From contig CAAFWO010000008.1 of the NCBI GenBank assembly GCA_900766735.1, positions 2,022-66,021 on the forward strand: a stretch of DNA of 64,000 nt. The letters run 5' to 3'. A program made the position numbers and the translations under genes. Of this stretch, positions 35,001 to 43,814 are shown piece by piece; positions within the stretch are counted from its first letter, which is position 1; the number at the start of each line of letters is the position of its first letter. The notes beneath the pieces are model-generated. The model did no database searches. It was not told the origin of the DNA and saw only the letters and a list, made by a program, of their open reading frames with translations. Source of the stretch: Clostridia bacterium (GTDB taxonomy: Bacteria; Bacillota; Clostridia; CAKSNL01; HGM11501).

Positions 35001-35134
35001 TCATAAAACGTGTAATTTTCTTTTCCCTCTCTCTGAGTTATGCTTTTTTCGAATATCTTTTCGTCCTTCCAGAACTTTTCGACCTTCTTTTCACGCTCTT
35101 TGAAATTAAGGTCGGGCGAAACTTTTTCGTACAT
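32012..35134 (-). CDS. ileS: isoleucine--tRNA ligase
   Basis: 1040 aa with the HIGH motif (PHIGHVLTR) and the KMSKS motif (KMSKSKGN). Cys-rich zinc sites are present and the N-terminus (MYEKVSPDLNFKEREKKVEKFW) is typical of the long type-2 IleRS. Confidence 0.92.
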   Translation of the reverse strand: MYEKVSPDLNFKEREKKVEKFWKDEKIFEKSITQREGKENYTFYDGPPTANGKPHIGHVLTRVIKDMIPRYRTMKGYHVIRKAGWDTHGLPVELEVEKKLGLDGKDQIEQYGLEAFIKECKESVWKYKGMWEDFSDTVGFWADMDDPYVTYDNNFIESEWWALKKIWEKKLLYKGFKIVPYCPRCGTPLSSHEVAQGYKDVKEKSAIAKFKSLDFEDTYYLAWTTTPWTLPSNVALCVNPDEEYVWVKSGDEKYILAAALCESVLGEDYEVIKSFRGKELEYKKYEPLFDFARDIIGLKNAYFITCDNYVTLTDGTGIVHIAPAFGEDDASVGRNYDLPFVQLVDSKGEMTKETPWAGMFCKDADKEVFAALKEKGLLFRALPFEHSYPFCWRCDTPLIYYARESWFIKMTAVRDDLVRNNNTINWIPKSIGEGRFGDWIKNVQDWGVSRDRYWGTPLNIWECKCGCRHSVGSIAELREMSDNCPENIELHRPYIDAVTIKCPECGGEMHRVKEVIDCWFDSGSMPFAQWHYPFENEKIFKENFPANFISEAVDQTRGWFYSLLAISTLLFNKAPYKNVIVLGHVQDENGQKMSKSKGNAVDPFDALEKHGADAIRWYFYSNSAPYLPNRFYDAAVTEGQRKFMGTLWNTYAFYVLYAEIDKFDPTKHTFKTDALTVMDKWLLSKLNTLIKTVDLELSEYKITEPAKALSEFVDELSNWYVRRCRERFWAKEMTDDKINAYMTLYTALVTVSKLAAPMIPFMTEDIYQNIVRSVDKSAPESIHLCDYPVSDEKMIDPALEKEMDEVLEIVVLGRSARNTANIKTKQPIAKMIVKADRALPSFCTDIIKDELNTKEVEFRSGLDGLVSYKIKPKFDSLKSKYPEKMGMLIGIINKADAAEVVSSLERDGKYTVSAGGAQIDLTEEDFLIETTKTDGFEAASDSKVTVAIDTNLTPELIEEGSVREIISTVQKMRKNSGFEVMDHITVFQSGNDKITEIMKKNEKEIAGIVLADGFSYGEHTEIESECKINGEVTTLGIKKA

Positions 35135-35153
35135 AAAAAAACCCCCTTATAAA

Positions 35154-35380
35154 TAAAAAAACTGCCCTGCAAGCAGGACAGACACCACCTGATTGCGCGC
35201 ATACCAACATATGCCGCTTCTTAACGGGAAGCTTGCCGTCAAAAGTTACTTTAATTTCACCTTTGCAACTCGGGAGTGATCTTCATATAAGCCTACCGGA
35301 CACCGGGCTCTCACCATCCCCGGCTCGCTTTGCTCTTTCGGAATATACTACTCTCTCCGTCACCGTCTTTAAGTGATCAA
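35154..35380 (-). promoter_or_regulatory. T-box riboswitch leader, Ile specifier (AUC)
   Basis: Minus strand: stem-I elements (AGAGAG, GGUGAGAG) and a specifier-loop context GAAG-AUC-A, with AUC at 35278-35280. The T-box core is AAUCAGGUGGUGUC (35181-35194). It overlaps the terminator cugcccugc/gcaggacag (35162-35180), which is followed by U7. Confidence 0.85.
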
Positions 35381-35388
35381 TTTTCTTT

Positions 35389-35417
35389 ATTATACTACCT
35401 TGGTCTATATTTGTCAA
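35389..35417 (-). promoter_or_regulatory. consensus sigma-A promoter of the ileS leader (TTGACA-17-TATAAT)
   Basis: Minus strand: TTGACA at 35412-35417 and TATAAT at 35389-35394. Confidence 0.75.
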
Positions 35418-35463
35418 TATTTTTATTAAAAAGAGGTGCACTAAAAGCGCACCTCTTAAAAAA

Positions 35464-36438
35464 CTATCTCTCTTCTCTGAAATATGGCAGCCCCAAAGAT
35501 TCCGGGGGCTGATTTTCCTTCTTGTTTCTCACGCTCGTGATGATAAGAACCGCTATCGTTACCACATAAGGAAGCATATTGAATATCGCGACCGAGCTTC
35601 TGCTGATTCCCGAAATATAGGAATACGCGATATAAAGTCCGCCGAAGATGAACGAGCCCAAAATGCCGAAATCCGGCTTCCAGAGTGCGAAAATAACAAG
35701 TGCAATCGCAAGCCAGCCTCTGTCGCCGAATCCGCCGTTCGTCCACGAGCCGCCTGTATAGTCCATTATGAAATAAAGTCCGCCGAGTCCGGCAATCGCA
35801 CCGCCTATTACCGTCGCAAGATACTTATATTTCATAACGTTGATACCTGCCGCGTCCGCCGTTGCCGGATTCTCGCCGACAGCGCGGAGTTGAAGGCCCG
35901 CTCTTGTCTTTTTCAAAAACCATGCCGCAAAGAGCGCGATGATTATCGCAAGATAAACCAAAAATCCGTAGGAGAAGAGCACCTTTCCCAAACCGCCTAA
36001 TTTATTTGCGAAGGGAAGCGTCGTCTTAAAATAGTCCGCCGTCGTCTTGACCGAGAGGTTTCCGCCCTCGCCGAAGATCTTGGTGAGCGATCCGCCGAAA
36101 AAGTCGCCGAAGCCGACGCCGAACGTCGTGAGCGCAAGACCCGTTACGTTCTGGTTTGCTCTTAAGGTAATAGTCAAAAAGCTGTAGATTAGTGCCAAGA
36201 GCGCCGCGCCGAACACCGCCGACAAAAACGGGATCACGATGCACCAGAAGGGGCTGGGCACGTCGACCGATCTTTCATAAAGATATGCGCCGATAACGCC
36301 GGCCGCGCCACCCATATACATAATACCGGGAATTCCGAGGTTTAAGTTGCCCGATTTTTCGGTGATTATCTCACCCGTCGAGCCGAACAAAAGAGGCACG
36401 CCCTGAACAATCGATTTATTAATTATTGTAGCTAACAT
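35464..36438 (-). CDS. ABC transporter permease (BMP/nucleoside-type, second permease)
   Basis: 324-aa polytopic protein and last gene of the SBP-ATPase-permease-permease array. It resembles the NupQ/YufQ-type branched-chain/ribose permease fold. Confidence 0.78.
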   Translation of the reverse strand: MLATIINKSIVQGVPLLFGSTGEIITEKSGNLNLGIPGIMYMGGAAGVIGAYLYERSVDVPSPFWCIVIPFLSAVFGAALLALIYSFLTITLRANQNVTGLALTTFGVGFGDFFGGSLTKIFGEGGNLSVKTTADYFKTTLPFANKLGGLGKVLFSYGFLVYLAIIIALFAAWFLKKTRAGLQLRAVGENPATADAAGINVMKYKYLATVIGGAIAGLGGLYFIMDYTGGSWTNGGFGDRGWLAIALVIFALWKPDFGILGSFIFGGLYIAYSYISGISRSSVAIFNMLPYVVTIAVLIITSVRNKKENQPPESLGLPYFREER

Positions 36439-36441
36439 GAC

Positions 36442-37548
36442 TTAAACCTCCTTATGTTTTTTGTGGAAGTGCACGCGGTAGTTCACGAAGAACTCGCTTC
36501 CGATTATGAAGAACAATATAATGCCGGTCAGTATATCTGCGATACTCTCGTTAAGTCCGCACGCAGTCGCTATCTCACCTGCTCCGCCCTCCAAAAATGC
36601 GATAAGGAAGGAAACCGCCACCATCACTGCCGGGTTGAACTTTGCAAGCCATGAGATCATTATCGCCGTGAAGCCCATTCCGCCGACCGTGTTCGTGTCG
36701 ATCGTGTGGTGAGTGCCCGATACAAGCAAAAGACCCGCGACACCGCACAGTGCACCCGAGAGCGCCATTGTGCGAAGAATGACCTTTTTAACGTTGATTC
36801 CGACGTAGCGCGCGGTGTTCGTGCTCTCGCCGACAACTGCGATCTCATAGCCGTGCTTGCTGTATTTAAGATAGATATACATACCGACGGTTATCAGCGC
36901 AACGATTATGATGTTTAAAAGATATTTCTGCCCGAAAATCGTCGGCATCCAGCCGCCCTGCGTGTTCATATTGATAACTCCGACGTGGTTTGAGCCCTTC
37001 GGGTTTTCCCACATTACCATAAAATACGAAACGAGCTGCATCGCGACATAGTTCATCATAAGCGTGAAAAGCGTTTCATTGGTGTTGAAGTTCGCCTTGA
37101 ATATCGCCGGGATAAGTCCCCAGACCATTCCCGCTGCAATTGCTGCGATTGCCATTAACGGAATGAGGAGTGCGGGAGGCATCGTGTTCCCGAAACAGAT
37201 CATCATTGCCGCGCTTGCAAGGCCGCCGATAAGCGTCTGCCCTTCAGCGCCGATGTTCCAGAACTTCATCTTGAACGCCGGGGTCACGGCAAGCGAGATG
37301 CAAAGAAGCATTGCAAGCTTCTGCACCGTATTCCAGACCTTTCTGGGGGAGCCGAAGGTGCCCTTAAACATCTGAGTATACACCTTGATCGGGTTGTAGC
37401 CCGTAAGCAGCACGATCACAAACGCGCAAATGACAAGTGCCAGAACGATTGCAATCAGCCTCACGCCCCAGGACTTATACCATGGCATCGTGTCGCGCTT
37501 GGAGACCTGCACGAGCGGTTCGTGCATATGCTTTTCATTATTCGCCAT
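36442..37548 (-). CDS. ABC transporter permease (BMP/nucleoside-type, first permease)
   Basis: 368-aa polytopic protein that overlaps the ATPase gene by 11 nt. It is of NupP/YufP type. Confidence 0.78.
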   Translation of the reverse strand: MANNEKHMHEPLVQVSKRDTMPWYKSWGVRLIAIVLALVICAFVIVLLTGYNPIKVYTQMFKGTFGSPRKVWNTVQKLAMLLCISLAVTPAFKMKFWNIGAEGQTLIGGLASAAMMICFGNTMPPALLIPLMAIAAIAAGMVWGLIPAIFKANFNTNETLFTLMMNYVAMQLVSYFMVMWENPKGSNHVGVINMNTQGGWMPTIFGQKYLLNIIIVALITVGMYIYLKYSKHGYEIAVVGESTNTARYVGINVKKVILRTMALSGALCGVAGLLLVSGTHHTIDTNTVGGMGFTAIMISWLAKFNPAVMVAVSFLIAFLEGGAGEIATACGLNESIADILTGIILFFIIGSEFFVNYRVHFHKKHKEV

Positions 37549-39073
37549 CGTCAGTCACCCCGCTTTTAGTCATTAAAAGTCCGATCTGCTCTTTTGTCGC
37601 CGTTCTTGCGTCCACAATGTCTGTCACTTTTCCGCCGGAGAGCACCATGATGCGGTCGCAAAGCTCCAAAAGCACGTCTAAATCCTCGCCGACAAAGATA
37701 ACGGCGACGCCTTTTTTCTTCTGATCGTTCAAAAGATTATAAATGAGATATGATGAGTTAATGTCAAGTCCGCGCACCGGATATGCCGCCATTAAAACCG
37801 TGGGTGACGACGCAATCTCGCGGCCGACTAAAACCTTCTGCACGTTGCCGCCGGAAAGCCTTCTGACCGGGGTATTCGCATCAGGCGTTACGACGCCGAG
37901 CTCCTCGATAATGCTGTCGGCCAGGTTCCTGGGCGCTTTGCGCTCCAAGAACATCCCCTTACCCTTTCTGTAGCTTCTGAGCATCATATTATCGATAATA
38001 TCCATGTTTCCGACAAGACCCATTCCGAGTCTGTCCTCCGGAACGAAGGAGAGGCGCACACCCATTTCTCTTATCTGAAGCGGCGTTTTGTCGATAAGGT
38101 TCTCGGTCTTTCCTGTCTTGGGATCGTCATACATTATCTCGCCCGAATCAAGATGCTGAAGGCCTGCTATCGCCTCCAAAAGCTCTCTCTGTCCGCTCCC
38201 GGCGATTCCGGCGATTCCCAGAATCTCGCCCGAGCGTGCGGTAAACGAAATGTCGGAAAGCAACGTAACGCCCTCGCGGTTGATGCAGTTGATGTCCTTG
38301 ACATTAAGACGGTCAACCGGATTCTCAGGCTCTGTTCTCTCGATGTTTAACGAAACCTTTTTGCCGACCATCATCTCGGTAAGTATGGACTCATTCGCGT
38401 CCTTCGTCTCGATAGTTCCTATGTATTCGCCCTTTCTCAAAACAGAAACTCTGTCAGACAAGCTCAAGACCTCGTTAAGTTTGTGCGTTATGATTATTAT
38501 CGCCTTGCCGTCGTCGCGCATTCTTTTCAATATTCCGAATAGCTTTTTCGTCTCCTGCGGAGTCAAAACAGCCGTCGGCTCGTCCAGAATAAGAATATCG
38601 GCTCCGCGGTACAGAACTCTGATTATCTCAACAGTCTGTTTTTCGGAAACGGACATTTCATAAATCTTTTTTGACGGGTCAACCGAAAAGCCGTAGCGCC
38701 CGCTTATCTCGGCAACCTTTTTTTCAACGGACTTCATATCGAACTTTGTGTCCTCTTTAAGTCCCAAAACAATATTTTCCGCTGCAGTGAACACGTCAAC
38801 CAATTTAAAGTGCTGGTGTATCATTCCGATTTTCAAGTCGTACGCGTCTTTCGGGGAACGGATGACAACCTCTTCTCCGTCAACAAATATCTGTCCGTCG
38901 TCCGGGAAATATATGCCCGATATCATATTCATCAGCGTTGTCTTGCCCGAGCCGTTTTCGCCGAGCACCGAAAGTATCTCTCCGCGGTTGACCGTAAGCG
39001 AAACATTTTTGTTGGCAACAACGCTTCCGAAGGTCTTAGTAATGTTTTTAAGCTCTATCGCCGCATTAGCCAT
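37538..39073 (-). CDS. ABC transporter ATP-binding protein with duplicated ATPase domains
   Basis: 511 aa with Walker A GENGSGKTT, signature-like LSVSEKQ and LSGGNVQK, and Walker B ILILDEPT. It has the two-cassette sugar/nucleoside importer architecture. Confidence 0.88.
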   Translation of the reverse strand: MANAAIELKNITKTFGSVVANKNVSLTVNRGEILSVLGENGSGKTTLMNMISGIYFPDDGQIFVDGEEVVIRSPKDAYDLKIGMIHQHFKLVDVFTAAENIVLGLKEDTKFDMKSVEKKVAEISGRYGFSVDPSKKIYEMSVSEKQTVEIIRVLYRGADILILDEPTAVLTPQETKKLFGILKRMRDDGKAIIIITHKLNEVLSLSDRVSVLRKGEYIGTIETKDANESILTEMMVGKKVSLNIERTEPENPVDRLNVKDINCINREGVTLLSDISFTARSGEILGIAGIAGSGQRELLEAIAGLQHLDSGEIMYDDPKTGKTENLIDKTPLQIREMGVRLSFVPEDRLGMGLVGNMDIIDNMMLRSYRKGKGMFLERKAPRNLADSIIEELGVVTPDANTPVRRLSGGNVQKVLVGREIASSPTVLMAAYPVRGLDINSSYLIYNLLNDQKKKGVAVIFVGEDLDVLLELCDRIMVLSGGKVTDIVDARTATKEQIGLLMTKSGVTDDGE

Positions 39074-39446
39074 GTGCCATTTTCCTCCTTGCTTTAATGC
39101 TCAAAAAAACACGGGCTTTAGCCGTCCCGTAATAAAAAAGTAACGCCATAAAATCATATTTTTCGCGAATTGCTGTGTTAAAAAAGCTCACAATCCGTCA
39201 GGATTCTTCGCTTTTTTGCCTTGCGCTTCATCGAAAAATCTTGCTTTTATGATGCCCGATGGACAGTTTTACGCACTGCTTACTCCTTAAATATTAAAAA
39301 GGCACTGTGACTTTAGGTTACAACACCTTTTTCGTAAAACCATTACTTCCTTATCACGGGCCGGCTTTCTCCTGTACTTTTTTCAGCGGTAAAATGTGTT
39401 TGGGCGGGGTCGTTCCGGCCCCGCCCTATTTAAATTTATAACGGAA

Positions 39447-40640
39447 TTATTTCTCAGTGATTCCGTCGATCACAATGTCAAAGTAAGGAGCGGATCTCTT
39501 GGCAGATTCCATGAATACACCGTCCTCAATAACCTCTGTGTCGGGTGTGAAATTATCATCTGTGTCAACGTCAGCCATGTAGCTTGTAAGGTGCTCGCCG
39601 CCTACAGTGAAGTTAGCGGTATCGAATACCTTAACGTTGCCGTCGATAATGTCCTTTTTAACCTCTTCAAGCTTCTCGGCAGTGCCGGGAGCCGCAACAG
39701 CGTCGTTAAGACCTAAGATCTCAACAGAACCGTCCGCAAGACCCTTGCAGAAATCCTGCTCGATCGCAGTGGAGTTCTCAACAGCCTTTACAATATGCTC
39801 AAAGTAGGGCTCCCAGTTGATCTTGGAAGAAATAAGAGCCGAATTGGGACCCCATTCGCGTGTGTCTAAGTTATATGCAACGTTCGGAACCTTTGCTTCT
39901 TCGCAAGCCTTGGGTGCACCCTCAGAATCAGCGTGCTGGCTGATTAAAACACAGCCGTCAGCGATAAGTGCGTTAGCGGTTTCCTTCTCTTTTGCTATAT
40001 CAAACCAGGAGTTTGTATATTTTACTTCCATTACAGCCGAGGGGCAGATGGAGCGTGCGCCGAGATAGAACGATGTGTAGCCGGACTTAACCTCAGCATA
40101 GGGGAACGCACCTACATAACCGATCTTTGCGGTCTCAGCCGTGATGTTGCCCTTTTCGATCATTTCGTTGAGCTTGAGACCTGCGGCAACGCCTGCAAGA
40201 TAACGGCCCTCATAGATCGAAGCGAATGCGTTGTAGAAGTTGGGAAGGTTCTCTGTGTGAGCCTTTGTTCCTGTCGCATGGCAGAACATAACGTCCGGGA
40301 ACTCTTTTGCTGCCTGGATCATGAAATCCTCATGACCGAAGCTGTCTGCAAATACGATGTTGCAGCCTGCTTCAACAAGCTCAGCCGCCGCCTCATAGCA
40401 CTCATTGCCCTCAGGAATGTTAACCTTGAACATAACCTGCTCGTCCGTAAGACCGAGAGCCTCTTTAGCTGCGTTTGCAGCGTCCATGAAGTTCTTGTCA
40501 TAGGTCGAGTTCTCATCGTGAAGGAAAATAAAGCCGATCTTGACTGCCTTTTCCTCACCCTGCTGATCCTCGTTGTTTCCGCAGCCGACAAGCGCGAAAA
40601 CCATGAGTGCCGCGAGAAGTAATGCGAGTAACTTTTTCAT
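39447..40640 (-). CDS. BMP-family (basic membrane protein/PnrA-like) substrate-binding lipoprotein
   Basis: Lipoprotein signal MKKLLALLLAALMVFALVGCGNN, followed by a BMP/Med-type periplasmic-binding-protein pattern. It is the first gene of the ABC operon. Confidence 0.8.
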   Translation of the reverse strand: MKKLLALLLAALMVFALVGCGNNEDQQGEEKAVKIGFIFLHDENSTYDKNFMDAANAAKEALGLTDEQVMFKVNIPEGNECYEAAAELVEAGCNIVFADSFGHEDFMIQAAKEFPDVMFCHATGTKAHTENLPNFYNAFASIYEGRYLAGVAAGLKLNEMIEKGNITAETAKIGYVGAFPYAEVKSGYTSFYLGARSICPSAVMEVKYTNSWFDIAKEKETANALIADGCVLISQHADSEGAPKACEEAKVPNVAYNLDTREWGPNSALISSKINWEPYFEHIVKAVENSTAIEQDFCKGLADGSVEILGLNDAVAAPGTAEKLEEVKKDIIDGNVKVFDTANFTVGGEHLTSYMADVDTDDNFTPDTEVIEDGVFMESAKRSAPYFDIVIDGITEK

Positions 40641-40810
40641 TTTTCATCCTCCGTGTTATTTTTTATTTTCCGAAGCACATTATCCCGGCGCATGTCCGGG
40701 GCAACTTCGGCTTACCTTATTATTTTATAGAATCCCGGGCAAAATTGCAATACCTAATTAACAACAAATTTAACAAAACTCCAATTCTATTTTTAGTTAT
40801 TATTACAACG

Positions 40811-40846
40811 AAAGCGACAAAATACGCCTTGGTATTTTGTCGCTTT
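40811..40846 (-). terminator. hairpin terminator after the PHP-domain gene
   Basis: aaagcgacaaaatac (40811-40825) pairs with gtattttgtcgcttt (40832-40846), a perfect 15-bp stem. Confidence 0.6.
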
Positions 40847-40854
40847 ATGCTCTT

Positions 40855-41919
40855 TTACCGCACTGTTCTTACCTTTTTCGCACCCGGGCAAAACTCATCG
40901 GTATAGTAGGCATTGGTCCATGCCTTTTTGCCCGATAAGCCGCGCACGCGGAAGCGGACGAGCCCGTAATTTTCCGGGTCGATCTTGAATTTTGCCTCCG
41001 TTACCGGTTCTCCGTTTTCCGAAGTGATCCTCTCCCCGCGCCGACCGAGTGTCAGCAAACTTATATCCGCCGCCGGGCTTGTTTTTATGTGGCAATAGCC
41101 GTCCTCAAAATAAAGCTCTTCTATCAAGGGTCCGCTCGACGCGTAAAATTCGCCGCGCTCCAACGCTCCTATAACAGAAGCATAGTCAAGCTTTTCGGCT
41201 TTTATCATGGTAAATCCGCCGAACGAATCGCACCTGTATGTCCCGTCCGCCCAGTTATGGTTATCGTCCGTCGCGGTGGCAAAGATTTGCTTTCCGCTTC
41301 TTAAAAAATCGTCATACACCGCCTCGGAGTCGTAAAGACCCGAATTCGCGTAGCATCCGTGATTATAGACCTCGACCGCCCAGAGCCCCTCGTATTTAAG
41401 ATAGTCCTCCGCCGTTACATTGTTCCACTCAGGGTGATTCAAGCTCACCAAAAAGCCGGCTTCGTTTGCCGTCTTAACAATTTTGTTGATGTTTTCAGGG
41501 TAATAGTGAAGGTCGCGCAGTTCGCCGGCATATTTGATATTTGCCTGCTCCTCTTTTGTGAGCTTTCCGCGCTTGACCAGCCAGTCGACCGTCTCGGGGT
41601 GATAGCCGCACTGCGTGAGATTATAAGGCTCTTTCGCGAAAAGATTTAAGTCAACGACCTTACGGAAGGCGTGCGGCATCGGGTCGTCGTCGCTCCTTAT
41701 GCTTATCTCATAGGCCGTGAGCATTAAAAAATCCTCTTCCGTGAGCGCGTTATGCTCATGAAGCGCGTCATGGTCGCTCACCGCAAGGATTTTATATCCG
41801 CGCATTTTGTATTCCGCCTTCATTTCCTCGGGCGTCATTCTCCCGTCCGACAGAGTCGAATGACTGTGAAGATTTGCCTTGTAAAACTCTCCTTTTTCCG
41901 GGAGTAAATATTTTCTCAT
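40855..41919 (-). CDS. PHP-domain (polymerase/histidinol-phosphatase-like) metal-dependent phosphoesterase
   Basis: ANLHSHSTLSDGRMTPEE and LAVSDHD are the N-terminal PHP His/Asp motifs. Later HP/DDNH motifs are also present. Confidence 0.7.
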   Translation of the reverse strand: MRKYLLPEKGEFYKANLHSHSTLSDGRMTPEEMKAEYKMRGYKILAVSDHDALHEHNALTEEDFLMLTAYEISIRSDDDPMPHAFRKVVDLNLFAKEPYNLTQCGYHPETVDWLVKRGKLTKEEQANIKYAGELRDLHYYPENINKIVKTANEAGFLVSLNHPEWNNVTAEDYLKYEGLWAVEVYNHGCYANSGLYDSEAVYDDFLRSGKQIFATATDDNHNWADGTYRCDSFGGFTMIKAEKLDYASVIGALERGEFYASSGPLIEELYFEDGYCHIKTSPAADISLLTLGRRGERITSENGEPVTEAKFKIDPENYGLVRFRVRGLSGKKAWTNAYYTDEFCPGAKKVRTVR

Positions 41920-42027
41920 AAATATTCCTTCCTTTCAAACGCACATTATACCACATTTTTCAACATATGTCAACAAAAAAGATGCGCAAAGTTTTATAAC
42001 TTTGCGCATCAAAATCTCTGCTTTTGA

Positions 42028-42912
42028 TTATTTAAGCATGGAAGCAATCTCTTCAGCGAAATTGTCTTCTCTCTTCTCAAGGCCTTCGCCCTTCTCGTAA
42101 CGAACGAACTTAAGCACCTTTGCACCCTTAATCGTATCGTCGATATACTTGGAAACCTTGATGTCCTCGTCCATGATGTATGCCTGCTCGTTTAAGCAAA
42201 CGCTCTCATAGAACTTCCTGATTCTTCCCTGAACCATCTTCTCGGCTATTGCCTCGGGCTTGCCCTCGTTCATAGCCTGGATCTTCAACACTTCCTTCTC
42301 GTGCTCAACAACCTCAGCCGGAACATCATCAATTGCGATATAGGTCGGAGCATACATTGCAATGTGCATGCAGATGTTCTTACCCATAAGAGCCGCCTCG
42401 TCAGACTCCGGAGCGTCAAGCAGTACCATAACGCCGATTCTGCCGTTGTCGTGATCGTAGGAAGCGATAGTGCCTTCCATTCTCTCGAAACGGCGGATCG
42501 TCATATTCTCGCCGATAACCGCGATCTTGTTGGTGAGTGCATCGGAAACCGTGCCGCCCTCGGGATAATCCATAGCGAGGAGTGCCTCAACATCAGCGGG
42601 AGCCTTCTCGGCGATAACCTTTGCAACATTCTCAACGAATGTCTGGAACTCAGCGTTCTTTGCAACGAAATCGGTCTCGGCGTTAACCTCTAAGATAACG
42701 CCGGTCTTGCCGTCCTTATATATTTTAACAATACCCTCTGCGGCGATTCTGGATGCCTTCTTGGCAGCCTTTGCGAGGCCTTTTTCTCTTAAGTACTCAG
42801 CGGCCTTTTCCATGTCGCCGTCGCACTCAACCAATGCCTTTTTGCAGTCCATCATTCCGCATCCGGTGGATTCTCTTAAATCCTTAACGATCTTAGCTGT
42901 AATTTCTGCCAT
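42028..42912 (-). CDS. tsf: translation elongation factor Ts
   Basis: MAEITAKIVKDLRESTGCGMMDCKKALVECDGDMEKAAEYLREKG is the canonical EF-Ts UBA-like N-terminus. It lies downstream of rpsB. Confidence 0.93.
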   Translation of the reverse strand: MAEITAKIVKDLRESTGCGMMDCKKALVECDGDMEKAAEYLREKGLAKAAKKASRIAAEGIVKIYKDGKTGVILEVNAETDFVAKNAEFQTFVENVAKVIAEKAPADVEALLAMDYPEGGTVSDALTNKIAVIGENMTIRRFERMEGTIASYDHDNGRIGVMVLLDAPESDEAALMGKNICMHIAMYAPTYIAIDDVPAEVVEHEKEVLKIQAMNEGKPEAIAEKMVQGRIRKFYESVCLNEQAYIMDEDIKVSKYIDDTIKGAKVLKFVRYEKGEGLEKREDNFAEEIASMLK

Positions 42913-42937
42913 TTTAAGGTACTTCCTTTCTTATTAA

Positions 42938-43687
42938 TTACTCAGCCTTTGCTTCTTCAGAAGCCTGCTCTTCGGTTGCTTCCTCAGCGGCCGGAGCGAA
43001 GGATTCGCCCTGTCTGCCTTCGATAACGGCGTTAGCCATCGCACCTGCGATAAGGCTTACCGCACGGATAGCGTCATCGTTACCGGGAATTACATAATCG
43101 ATCTCGTCGGGATCGCAGTTTGTATCAACAATAGCAACGATCGGGATGTGAAGCTTTCTTGCTTCCGCAACCGCGTTCTTCTCCTTCTTGGGGTCAACAA
43201 CGAACATAGCCGCGGGAAGACGCTTCATATCCTTGATACCGCCAAGATTCTCTTCAAGCTTGGACTCCTCTAAGCGAAGCTTGATAACTTCCTTCTTGGG
43301 AAGCACGTCAAATGTGCCGTCCTCTTCCATCTTTTTAAGCTGGAAAAGTCTTGCGATTCTTGTCTGGATCGTCTTGAAGTTGGTGAGCATACCGCCGTAC
43401 CATCTGGAGTTTACAAAGTACATGCCGCATCTTAATGCCTCTGCCTTTATAGCCTCCTGCGCCTGCTTCTTCGTTCCTACGAAGAGAATGTCGCCGCCCT
43501 CTGCCGCAACGTTCTTAACAAACTCATAAGCCTCGTTTGCCTTCTTAACGGTCTTCTCAAGGTTGATTATATATATACCGTTTCTCTCGGTGAATATATA
43601 TTCAGCCATTTTGGGGTTCCAGCGTCTGGTCTGATGTCCGAAATGAACACCTGCTTCCAAAAGCTGCTTCATTGAAATTACTGACAT
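42938..43687 (-). CDS. rpsB: 30S ribosomal protein S2
   Basis: [27 protein letters not shown] is the canonical S2 N-terminus. The C-terminal tail is acidic. Confidence 0.95.
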   Translation of the reverse strand: MSVISMKQLLEAGVHFGHQTRRWNPKMAEYIFTERNGIYIINLEKTVKKANEAYEFVKNVAAEGGDILFVGTKKQAQEAIKAEALRCGMYFVNSRWYGGMLTNFKTIQTRIARLFQLKKMEEDGTFDVLPKKEVIKLRLEESKLEENLGGIKDMKRLPAAMFVVDPKKEKNAVAEARKLHIPIVAIVDTNCDPDEIDYVIPGNDDAIRAVSLIAGAMANAVIEGRQGESFAPAAEEATEEQASEEAKAE

Positions 43688-43814
43688 AGTTTAACACTCC
43701 TTTTAGTTTTTATACCTCCGCTCCCGTTTTTCCGCGCATGACCCTGATAGGGAACTAAAACGGCAATTCGAAAGCGTGTGTATTTTTGACCTTTAAGATT
43801 ATATCACGCTTTTA

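Noticed and set aside
39250-39300. A 9-codon mini-ORF (GTG CGT AAA ACT GTC CAT CGG GCA TCA TAA) after AAGGAG in the ABC-operon spacer, considered as a leader peptide.
   Set aside because: It is too short and has no codon enrichment that would suggest an attenuation logic. It could easily be fortuitous.
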